Below are positions 17,240-25,637 of a stretch of 64,000 nucleotides of DNA, one piece after another. Origin of the DNA: an uncultured Leptospirales bacterium (GTDB taxonomy: Bacteria; Spirochaetota; UBA4802; UBA5368); assembly GCA_964624235.1 (NCBI GenBank), contig CAZUXY010000001.1, positions 3,016-67,015 of the forward strand, in the 5' to 3' direction. A model generated the notes under the pieces. The model worked only from the letters and a program-made list of their open reading frames with translations, was not told the origin of the DNA and searched no databases. Position numbers and translations under genes: made by a program. The first letter of the stretch is position 1, and every line of letters starts with the position of its first letter.

Positions 17240-18724
17240 TTAAAACAGTTTCTTCTTGAGCTTCTTCAAATCCTTCCCGGCTTTTTTTCCCGCGTCCTTG
17301 CCGATGTCTTTTGCCTTGTCCTTCGCGGCCTCCTCGGCCTTTTTTTTCGCGATATCGCCCACGTCTTTCGCCGCGTCTTTCACCACCTCTTCAATGGTGG
17401 GGAGCTTGGGCTTTACCAGGGCAGCTTTCGGTTTGCTCATGGTGCCGGTTACCTTGTAGCCCAGATCGATACGGCCGTCCTTGTCCAGCAGGGGCTTCAT
17501 GGCGGCGTCGGCCACCTTGTCGGGCTTGAGGTACTTGTCGAGCTTGGCTGTTTTAAGGGCTTTCCCCGCGTTTTTCTCGACGCCCGAACGCACCGATCTG
17601 GCGTGCTTCTGGTCCACCAGCATCTCCATGTCCATGTCGACGGCCTTGCTGCTGGTGTTGACGGTGCCGCCGAACTTCAGCAGAAAATCACCGGCGTTGA
17701 TGCGTCCGTCTGAAATTTTGGCGACGCCGCCCTTGTACCAGAGGTTGAGAAACCCGTCTTTCCATTTAACCTTGTCTTTAAGAAAATCGAACTTTCCGCA
17801 GTACTTCTGCAGTTTCTCCACCGAGTTGAGCTTGTCGAAAATCTGCAGCCCAGTCATGGTCCCGTAGGGCGAGCCCGCTTTGACGGCGATCTCGGGGTTC
17901 ACCAGCCTGCTTTTAAGGTCGAAGGGCTTCACCGTGCCGTTCACCGAAAGGCCTATGTCGAAGGAATCCACGCTGCCGGTGGTCATCTTTCCCACGGTCC
18001 TGACACCCGTCTCGACCTTGAGCTTGGCCAGGTTCGCGTTCGCCAGGTTCTTCGGATCTATGGAGATGTCATAGACCAGGGCGGTAAGGTTATACACCTG
18101 CAGCGTCTGCTTGCTCCCCTGGTCGACGAAGGTGAGGGTGCCCTTCTGCGTACCCACCTTGCCGATGCTTACTGCCACCGGCAGGTCGTCGGCGGTGAAG
18201 GGTTTGACCGGTTTCTTCGCCTCCGCGGCCTTTTTCTTCGCCTCTTCCCGCTGCTTCTTCATGAGTTCCGCCTTCTCCTGGGGCGTCATCTTTTTGGGCG
18301 CCACCAGGTCAGAAAAGTTGAACAGACCGCTCTTGTAGCGCACCACGTTGATGACCGGCTCGTACAGCACCAGTTCGCGCAGTTCCACCTTTCCGCTGAT
18401 GAGGGGCAGTATGCGCACCTTGAAATTGAACGACTTCATGCCCGCGAAGAGATCGCTTTTCGCCACGGGTTTCCCCTTGAGCGCGTTGAGCTCTTCGGGG
18501 GTCTTGAAGTTCGAAACCGCCACCTCTTTCACCTCGATGCCCGAGAGCACCGAGAATATGCTCACGTCTATCGCGCCGATGGTGACCTGGCGGTTCAGGG
18601 CCTTCTGCATCTGGGCCGCGATCATCTCTTTGTCGACGATCATTATGAGGACCGCCCCGGCGATCACCACAAGAAGCACGAGCCCCCCGATTACAATACC
18701 TAGCCATTTTAAAATCTTTTTCAT
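17240..18724 (-). CDS. AsmA-family outer-membrane assembly protein with a lysine-rich C-terminal tail
   Basis: N-terminal TM anchor MKKILKWLGIVIGGLVLLVVIAGAVL followed by the QVTIGAIDVSIFSVLSGIEVKEVAVSN AsmA-type motif and repetitive beta-rich segments. 494 aa. C-terminus KKAGKDLKKLKKKLF. Confidence 0.6.
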   Translation of the reverse strand: MKKILKWLGIVIGGLVLLVVIAGAVLIMIVDKEMIAAQMQKALNRQVTIGAIDVSIFSVLSGIEVKEVAVSNFKTPEELNALKGKPVAKSDLFAGMKSFNFKVRILPLISGKVELRELVLYEPVINVVRYKSGLFNFSDLVAPKKMTPQEKAELMKKQREEAKKKAAEAKKPVKPFTADDLPVAVSIGKVGTQKGTLTFVDQGSKQTLQVYNLTALVYDISIDPKNLANANLAKLKVETGVRTVGKMTTGSVDSFDIGLSVNGTVKPFDLKSRLVNPEIAVKAGSPYGTMTGLQIFDKLNSVEKLQKYCGKFDFLKDKVKWKDGFLNLWYKGGVAKISDGRINAGDFLLKFGGTVNTSSKAVDMDMEMLVDQKHARSVRSGVEKNAGKALKTAKLDKYLKPDKVADAAMKPLLDKDGRIDLGYKVTGTMSKPKAALVKPKLPTIEEVVKDAAKDVGDIAKKKAEEAAKDKAKDIGKDAGKKAGKDLKKLKKKLF

Positions 18725-19066
18725 GCACTACCTCCGCGTATGCCGTAAAAACTATGGAATATAAAATGAAAATCTATAGATGGGTACATTCATATGTTCG
18801 CATGATACAGAGAATTTCAACATGATGCAACCTATTTTCGTGTAAAGAAAAAGCCGCCACGGAAACGCGGAGGCACAAAGGTTTTGTAGGATTTACGGAC
18901 AATACTGTAAGCTCTTATGCGGGGAATCGCGCCGCGGCTCGAACAAAACCTTTACCTGCCCTGCTACCATGTTCTTCCGCGGCACTTTGTTATGTGTTAT
19001 ACATCTCGCATACAAAAAAGACGCGGCCTGCGCCGCGCCTTTGTTGTGCCGTGATGAACGGTTTTT

Positions 19067-20152
19067 CTACCACACCACCCCGGCGGTAAGGCCGACAGCG
19101 GCACCGGTTGCGGGATAGTAAATCACGGGGATGTCGATCTTCACCATCCAAAGGTTGAAGCCGATACCCGCCATAACACGCGGCCGTATAAATGAGGGGG
19201 CCACGTCCCTGGTGGAACCATCGATAAGAAGAGAACCCACGGGATAATTTGTTATTCCATTACTTACCCGCAGACCACCGGCCGACATGATTATAATGTC
19301 TGAATTACCAAAAGAGAAATCTACCCCGGCACCCAGTGTTACATTAAGAAACCAGAGCAACCTGACCGACGTGGTAATGTCGAAGGGAATGGTATAAGTG
19401 GTTGTTTCTACACCCAGAGTGATCGATGGATCAGCATAAAGGAAATACCCACCCAGTCCAATGCCTGATAAGTCAGTTGATGACCGGTAGGAATCCAACT
19501 CAATAGTAACATCCACTTCACTTTTATGATACAAAAACCCCGTCCCTATCGAAAGACCCCGCCACTTTAAAAATCCCCAGCCGATGTCGCCGCCTTTAAT
19601 GAGGCCATAGTTGGCACCAATTCCAATCAGTGTATTCTTTATTTCCACTTCATCAGCGGGTTTAAACTTTATCGAACCGAACTTCAGGTTCAGATAGAGG
19701 TCTTTCATAATGAATCCAGCGTTGATGCCCAGATTGAAGAACGAGACGCCGGCCCCCACACCCGCGTCTATGTCGCCCTTTTCTTCTAGATCGTCACCGA
19801 TCTCGTCGTAGTACGAGGGTTTTATAGAAGGAGCCTGCACCCCCACCATAACCCCGGCGGTGATGGCGAAGAGGGAGTAGTTCTGGTAGCCCTGAAAGGT
19901 GGCTGCCTGGGCCGAATAGATGTTGGCGTTGGCAAAGCCTTTTGCCAGATCCTTTTGATCCTGATATTTACTGAGTTCGGCATTTACATCACTTCCTATC
20001 TCAGTATTATATAGCGTGAGTAAGGTTGCTGCTGATCCTGGGAAACCTGGAATATCCTGAAAAGATGGTGTTATTGTAATCGCCTGAACATTCCCTGTAA
20101 CAAAAAAGAGCGCCGTTACTCCTATAACAAAAGACAGCAGAATTTTTTTCAT
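19067..20152 (-). CDS. hypothetical outer-membrane beta-barrel protein
   Basis: Signal peptide MKKILLSFVIGVTALFFVTGNVQA. Alternating amphipathic Gly/aromatic-rich strands. Aromatic C-terminal residue (..GVVW). 361 aa. Confidence 0.5.
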   Translation of the reverse strand: MKKILLSFVIGVTALFFVTGNVQAITITPSFQDIPGFPGSAATLLTLYNTEIGSDVNAELSKYQDQKDLAKGFANANIYSAQAATFQGYQNYSLFAITAGVMVGVQAPSIKPSYYDEIGDDLEEKGDIDAGVGAGVSFFNLGINAGFIMKDLYLNLKFGSIKFKPADEVEIKNTLIGIGANYGLIKGGDIGWGFLKWRGLSIGTGFLYHKSEVDVTIELDSYRSSTDLSGIGLGGYFLYADPSITLGVETTTYTIPFDITTSVRLLWFLNVTLGAGVDFSFGNSDIIIMSAGGLRVSNGITNYPVGSLLIDGSTRDVAPSFIRPRVMAGIGFNLWMVKIDIPVIYYPATGAAVGLTAGVVW

Positions 20153-20410
20153 AAATCCTCCAATACGCAGCCTGAGATGTGAGTTTTCACCGTGTACTGC
20201 CGCCCCCCTTCCCGGGGGCGGCAGTAAACTATACCCGCATCACCACGGGGCATGCAAGTATTTTTTAAGTGCGGTGAGGGTTGCATTTCATCAGCAGGAA
20301 AGCCCCTTTAGTTCGCATGTGCTTCCGCATATACTCACCCATCGACACTATCGTATCATTTTTCTGTACGCCGCGTTCAGGTGAGGGTATAAGGCATCAG
20401 GCGGGGAGAA

Positions 20411-20432
20411 CCGGGCGCCTCCTGGCGCCCGG
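20411..20432 (-). terminator. GC-rich hairpin 16 nt downstream of the OMP gene, a putative terminator
   Basis: CCGGGCGCC-tcct-GGCGCCCGG is a perfect 9-bp stem. The following tract on the minus strand is only weakly U-rich. Confidence 0.3.
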
Positions 20433-20447
20433 CTTGCAACGCGGTTA

Positions 20448-21098
20448 TCAGAGGTAGAAAATCACGCCCAGTATTCCCCGGGAAAGGGCAAAGGAGCCGG
20501 TACGGGTCTCGTTTTCGGAGGTTTTTACCCCAGCCGTGTTATACGATTCGTTCTTTTCGTTGCTGCTGAAATATCCGAACCCCATATCGGCGAAAAGGAC
20601 CAGGTGCCTGCCGATCATGTATTTAAACCCGACCACGGCCGAAATCGACATGTCCTCTTCCTTCTCTTCACTTTTACTGCCGTCGCCGTTTTTCGTGTCG
20701 CGTTCATACCTGCCATAGTCGCAGCGGGGCCCAAGGTATAGATACAGTCCCCCCGAAATATTTCTGTTGTAATAAAGGCCCAGAGTGCCGCCTGCATAAA
20801 GGTAATCGTTTTTGTCGGTTACACCGGTCATTTTATTTTCATATTCCCGGTTTCTGCTCATAATAAAAATACCAGGCTCGATTGAAAACGCCGCCACCGG
20901 ATGGTACACTGCACCTATGCCGTAAAAGCGGCTTATGGTATCCAGTCCGCCAAGGTAAAACTCATCGTTGATGGGGGTACCTATGAAGAAGCTTAAACCT
21001 ATGTCGCCCGACTGGATTTTCGCTTCTTCCTGGCCATACAGCGGGGACGACGCATGGCACACCGCACAGCAGAACAGAATGATCGCAAGCTTACGCAT
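20448..21098 (-). CDS. small outer-membrane beta-barrel protein (OmpA-like or OmpW-like barrel)
   Basis: Signal peptide MRKLAIILFCCAVCHASSPLYGQ. About 8 amphipathic strands rich in G/Y/F. A charged loop SKSEEKEEDM. C-terminal GVIFYL. 216 aa. Confidence 0.5.
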   Translation of the reverse strand: MRKLAIILFCCAVCHASSPLYGQEEAKIQSGDIGLSFFIGTPINDEFYLGGLDTISRFYGIGAVYHPVAAFSIEPGIFIMSRNREYENKMTGVTDKNDYLYAGGTLGLYYNRNISGGLYLYLGPRCDYGRYERDTKNGDGSKSEEKEEDMSISAVVGFKYMIGRHLVLFADMGFGYFSSNEKNESYNTAGVKTSENETRTGSFALSRGILGVIFYL

Positions 21099-21154
21099 AC
21101 CGCATCACCTCTCTCGTTTTTTCTGATTACACCCCGCCGCGTAAGGGCGAAGTT

Positions 21155-21781
21155 TTACAGAAAAATACCATAGATTCTGCCGGTGTCAATACAGCGTAAG
21201 CTTAAACCATATGCTGTGCATCGGTCATCGGGCAGGGATTCCCCGGGTACCCGGTATGCGTCGACAATGCCGAAATACCGGTAGAGCCGAAGTAACGCGC
21301 TGGCCCGTGTTGCGGTCTTCGCGTTTTCCATTCTCGCGATAGTGCTGCGATGGATGCCGATGCGGTCTGAAAGCGTTTCCCTGGAAATACCGTGTTCCCC
21401 GCGCAAAGATTCTATGAACGACCCAAGGCTTTCATATACCATCGCTTCAGGGAAAAGCGGGTGAGAGGGGCCTGTTTTATTACAGTGCAGCGATTTGTTG
21501 AAGTAATCTATCGCGATGTGTTCCACTCCCAGGGAGAGGCAGAGGTTGGTCATTGTCCCGCAGGTAAGATCAATACAGCCCCTTTCAACGGCATTAATGG
21601 TATTGCGATGCACTCCCGCGATTTCCGCGCAGTATTCCTGCGAAAAACCCAGTTCCTTTCGTAGCCTGAGTACTATCGCGCCGAAGCTGTGTAAATAATT
21701 TTCAGGATTGAAAACGGCCGCGGTCCTTGCCATAGTGTTCTCGACATTATTGTCAGGAATTTCACCGGCCCTGTGGAGCAT
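21155..21781 (-). CDS. transcriptional regulator with two tandem XRE-type helix-turn-helix domains
   Basis: First HTH RKELGFSQEYCAEIAGVHRNTINAVERG. Second HTH GISRETLSDRIGIHRSTIARMEN. Both fit the Cro/C1 family pattern. 208 aa. Confidence 0.7.
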   Translation of the reverse strand: MLHRAGEIPDNNVENTMARTAAVFNPENYLHSFGAIVLRLRKELGFSQEYCAEIAGVHRNTINAVERGCIDLTCGTMTNLCLSLGVEHIAIDYFNKSLHCNKTGPSHPLFPEAMVYESLGSFIESLRGEHGISRETLSDRIGIHRSTIARMENAKTATRASALLRLYRYFGIVDAYRVPGESLPDDRCTAYGLSLRCIDTGRIYGIFL

Positions 21782-21802
21782 ACGCGGATTTGCATCCGCG
21801 TA

Positions 21803-22588
21803 TTATTTCTCGAACTGGTTGAAGAACACCCCCAGTATCAGGTTGATCTCTTTTTCTGAAAGCGACAGCTTTTCCTTGTCCAGCGTCTGCTGGATCTCCT
21901 TGACGCTGATCTTCGAATTTCCTTTCCGCAGTTCCACCACACGCCGTACCGCCTTCTCTTCTAAGGGTTTCAGTGCCGAGCCGAACACTCCCTTGTTCCC
22001 CAGCGCCATGGCGGCGTTCTGCAGCTTGATCAGCGCATCGTGCAGATCGTTCACCCTGGTCAACAGGTATTCGGGATCGCGCTTTCTGCTGTAGGCCAGG
22101 GGGTTCTTGTAGGCGTCGAGCAGCTTTTCGAGCAGTTCGGCCTCGTCTTTGTATTCACCGCTGATCCTTACCAGTACGTTGAACCGGGTGATGCGGAAAT
22201 TATAGAGCAGTGCGTCGGTATAAGAGAACCACATGCCCGCCGGCATGGATTCCAGTATGTTTTCTCCCTTATAGGTAAGCTCCGAAGGGGTCACGGTGAT
22301 GTCGACCACCTCGTTGTTTTCCTCGAATGCGATGCGCTGCACCTTTATCTGCTGCCACTCGTCAAAGGCCTTTTTCGCCGCGATGATCCTCTCGGCGACG
22401 GCGTCGCTCATGGCACGGTTGCCTATAACGGTGAACGCCTTTCCCCCGGCGTCCTTGAGGTTCAGCGTGGCCCTCTCGCCGTCAACGGTCTCTGATTCCA
22501 CCGTATACCCTTTCTTCGCCCAGTCATAGGCCGCGAGATACCCCGGGGCAAGCATCATAATGCATACTGCAATTATGGTTCGTTTCAT
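21803..22588 (-). CDS. hypothetical secreted protein
   Basis: Signal peptide MKRTIIAVCIMMLAPGYLAA. 261 aa with no recognisable motif. Its start overlaps the stop of the upstream coiled-coil gene (ATGA at 22585-22588). Confidence 0.5.
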   Translation of the reverse strand: MKRTIIAVCIMMLAPGYLAAYDWAKKGYTVESETVDGERATLNLKDAGGKAFTVIGNRAMSDAVAERIIAAKKAFDEWQQIKVQRIAFEENNEVVDITVTPSELTYKGENILESMPAGMWFSYTDALLYNFRITRFNVLVRISGEYKDEAELLEKLLDAYKNPLAYSRKRDPEYLLTRVNDLHDALIKLQNAAMALGNKGVFGSALKPLEEKAVRRVVELRKGNSKISVKEIQQTLDKEKLSLSEKEINLILGVFFNQFEK

Positions 22589-23736
22589 GGCTGCTCCTGT
22601 GTCACCCTGATAAGAATTTTATCAAACGGTTGTATCGTCTTTTTCTCTTTGAGCTCAATCACCCTGGCTCGGATGCCGTCGGGTACCGTAAAAAAACTGA
22701 TCTTTCCTATCAACTCGTCGTCCTGCCTGAAGACCAGGCCCTCGGTCCCCTCTTTAACCGATCGCGGGGATTTCAGGTACACGTACATGTTGTTCTTGTC
22801 GCGCGGGTCCACAATGTACCCGCTTTCAGGCTGGGTGCGGGAAAGAAAATCAAAGGCATGGCGGTACTTTTTAAAGGCGATCCACAGGGCCTCATGATGG
22901 TTGCGAATCGCCGTATAATTACTTTCCATTTTATCCAGCGCGGGCGATACCGAATTGCGGTAGGGTATCTTCTGCATCCGTTTCATGAGGAGCTCGTAGT
23001 CTTTTTCGTACTTTTTCACGCCGGCATATCCGCCGTCGGTGAGCGTAGGGTTCTTCGCCGGATCGGGTGCGCCCAGTACCCTCTTGAGGTCTTTCTCGGT
23101 GAACCAGGGGTTGTATTTGAGAACCAGGTCCCTCATGCGGGCTTCATACTTGTCGCGCTGGCGGTCCAGTTCCATCCGGTGCAGCTTACGGTAATTGCTT
23201 ACCATGTCTTCCGCTTTCTTGATGTTCTCCTGCAGGCGGGCGTCGTAAGAATCGATCTGCTTCTGCAGTTCCCTGACCTCTTTTTGTTTTTTCTGCATAC
23301 GCGCCCGGTAGCGCATCTCAACCGCCTTTTTTGCCCCGGGACTTTTAGCCTGCAGCATGGCTTCGTCCATGGCCGTGCGCAGGTTCTTCAGCTCCTCCCT
23401 CGCCCGGTTCAGGTCTCCTTCCATCTTTTTCGACTTATCAAGGATTTCTATGAGCCTGAGGTCTTCGAAAGCGGTTATGGCCACGGTTGAATCCCTGAAT
23501 TTTTTCTGAATAAAGCCTGTCAAAAGCAGCGTGCCCGTCACCAGGGCCCCTATGAACGCCAGTATGGCAAGATAGATAAAAGGGGTCCTGTTCCTTTTGG
23601 TCTTCGCGAATTCATCGCTCAGCGAATAGGTGACCGGTTTCTCGTCCTTGTCCTCTATTACCTCGGGGAGGAACGCCGATTTGCTCTCGGTGAGATAACG
23701 GTTGTCTTCGCCGTTTATTTTGTTTTCATTTCCCAT
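22585..23736 (-). CDS. hypothetical single-pass membrane protein with a long coiled-coil region
   Basis: TM helix FIYLAILAFIGALVTGTLLLTGF. Heptad-rich charged segment (residues about 100-230). C-terminal globular domain. Overlaps the adenylate cyclase gene by 22 nt. Confidence 0.5.
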   Translation of the reverse strand: MGNENKINGEDNRYLTESKSAFLPEVIEDKDEKPVTYSLSDEFAKTKRNRTPFIYLAILAFIGALVTGTLLLTGFIQKKFRDSTVAITAFEDLRLIEILDKSKKMEGDLNRAREELKNLRTAMDEAMLQAKSPGAKKAVEMRYRARMQKKQKEVRELQKQIDSYDARLQENIKKAEDMVSNYRKLHRMELDRQRDKYEARMRDLVLKYNPWFTEKDLKRVLGAPDPAKNPTLTDGGYAGVKKYEKDYELLMKRMQKIPYRNSVSPALDKMESNYTAIRNHHEALWIAFKKYRHAFDFLSRTQPESGYIVDPRDKNNMYVYLKSPRSVKEGTEGLVFRQDDELIGKISFFTVPDGIRARVIELKEKKTIQPFDKILIRVTQEQP

Positions 23737-25433
23737 ATGCCGTTCCAGTTCTTTGGAGCTTTATTGTCTTTTGTCCTTTCTTTAAAAACCGCGGCCACCG
23801 GCAGTTTGCACTTGCTGAACTGCAGATATGCCTTGCGCCAGTCGCCGTTGTAATAATGTTCCAGCCCTGCAGAAAACAGCTTGAAGTTCTGGGACATGAC
23901 CTTGGTCATATACCCCTTGGGCACGGGCCAGTAGACTCTTCTTCCTTCTGTTTTCCCCTTAACCTTCACCATGTCCAGTTCCATGAAGGTAACACCGTGA
24001 TTCGGCACGTTGTTTTCAATGTCGTCCTTAATATATTCCGAGCAGATGACGGGCGCCTTGTAGATACGGGTAAGACCTTCAAGCCGGGATGCCGCGTTCA
24101 CGTTATCACCGATAACAGTGTTGGTCATTCTCACGTAGGAACCTATGTTCCCGTAAAAGACCTGGCCTCCGTCGATACCCACGCCGATCTCGAGCAGGCA
24201 CGCCTGGTAGACCTTCTCCTCATCGCCGGTAAGCTTGCCCTTTTTGCGCTCTATCTGGTCCTTCCTTTTTATCATGTCCTGCCGCAGGCTCTGGGCAAGG
24301 TCCTGCAGTTTATAGGCCACGACAATCGACTGCATCGACTTGTTCTTGTGTACCCCTTCGAACACATCCAGGGCGCCGAAAACCGCCAGCAGCGCGTCGC
24401 CGATTATGGAACCGATGATGCCGTCGTGTTCCACGATCTCGCGGATCGCGTTGTCGTAATGGAGGTTCAGCAGCTTGATGATGTCGGCGCCCAGGGTCTC
24501 GGTAATGAAAGTGAAACTCTTGATGTCTGAAAACAGCACCGCGAGTTCACGCTGGGTCCCTTCGAGGCGCACCTCTCTTTCTTCATACGCCTTTAACACC
24601 ACGTCCTTGTTGGCGAACTTGCGGAAGATATTGAGAAGGTTGTTGATCGTGGAGGAAAGTGAGTTGAAGGCGATACCCAGGAAAGTGATATCATCATTGG
24701 GAGCGCCTTTCAGATCGAGCATCTTGAGTTCCTGCGTATCAATCATCTCGCGTATCTCGCTGGTGATGATCTGTATGTAGCGCAGAATGAAACGCAGCAC
24801 CCAGACCCCGACGATACCTGATATAATCGTGATTAACAGGATAACGACACTCACGTTTCTGAACACTTCCCTGGATTCAGACAGGAACTCGTTTTCCTCT
24901 TCCGCCCTTACAATGTACACCTCCCATTTGGGATTGTACTTGTAGATTCCGAAGTAGGATTCACCGTTGAACGTGAAGTGTATCACCCCCTCGTTCACGT
25001 TCTTTTCCATATCCGCGTTCAGCTTTGCCAGGGTTTTTTTGTCGTTAAAGGTTTCGAACCGCTTGATCTTTGACGACTGGAACACAAAGCCCGCATCGGG
25101 TTTTATACCCAGCAAGACCGATTTCTTGTTGGTAAACTCACTCACCCCTTTTTTCTCGATGATATCTACCGAGCCCTTAAGGTCGTTGTTGAATTTATAG
25201 ATTTCGTACTGATTGTTGCAGAATACATACATCTCTTTAAGGTCTTTGGCCAGCAGTTCCCGGGTGAGGCTGATCATCTTCGTTCGGGTATACACCAGGC
25301 TGATATAGTTGGTGGTGAGGTTCGATACCAGGATAAAAACGGCGAAAACCATCACTATCTTGAGCACAACCGGAACAACTCTGGTCCCACCGATCTTCCT
25401 GCCGAAGAGAGGTTCTTTAACTTTTTGTACCAT
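23715..25433 (-). CDS. membrane-bound class III adenylate/guanylate cyclase with a periplasmic sensor domain and HAMP-like linker
   Basis: Two TM helices flank a roughly 150-aa extracytoplasmic domain. C-terminal cyclase homology domain with LFSDIKSFTFITE, IGDALLAVFG, NVNAASRLEGLT and MVKVKGK motifs. Confidence 0.8.
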   Translation of the reverse strand: MVQKVKEPLFGRKIGGTRVVPVVLKIVMVFAVFILVSNLTTNYISLVYTRTKMISLTRELLAKDLKEMYVFCNNQYEIYKFNNDLKGSVDIIEKKGVSEFTNKKSVLLGIKPDAGFVFQSSKIKRFETFNDKKTLAKLNADMEKNVNEGVIHFTFNGESYFGIYKYNPKWEVYIVRAEEENEFLSESREVFRNVSVVILLITIISGIVGVWVLRFILRYIQIITSEIREMIDTQELKMLDLKGAPNDDITFLGIAFNSLSSTINNLLNIFRKFANKDVVLKAYEEREVRLEGTQRELAVLFSDIKSFTFITETLGADIIKLLNLHYDNAIREIVEHDGIIGSIIGDALLAVFGALDVFEGVHKNKSMQSIVVAYKLQDLAQSLRQDMIKRKDQIERKKGKLTGDEEKVYQACLLEIGVGIDGGQVFYGNIGSYVRMTNTVIGDNVNAASRLEGLTRIYKAPVICSEYIKDDIENNVPNHGVTFMELDMVKVKGKTEGRRVYWPVPKGYMTKVMSQNFKLFSAGLEHYYNGDWRKAYLQFSKCKLPVAAVFKERTKDNKAPKNWNGIWEMKTK

Positions 25434-25637
25434 ACCGTTTACTTTTTTTTAATCTGTTTATAGTCCCGCTGGAAACCAGCTCGGGTGTGGCGCGTAGCAT
25501 TGATCTTTTAATATTATACAATTTACATGAAACACAGTTCAACAAAAAAAGCAACAAGAAAAATAAATTTACCTTTTCTTCATTTTAGGCGGTGTCCCGG
25601 CGCGGGCGGGACCGGCCGGGACATTATACGACAGACG

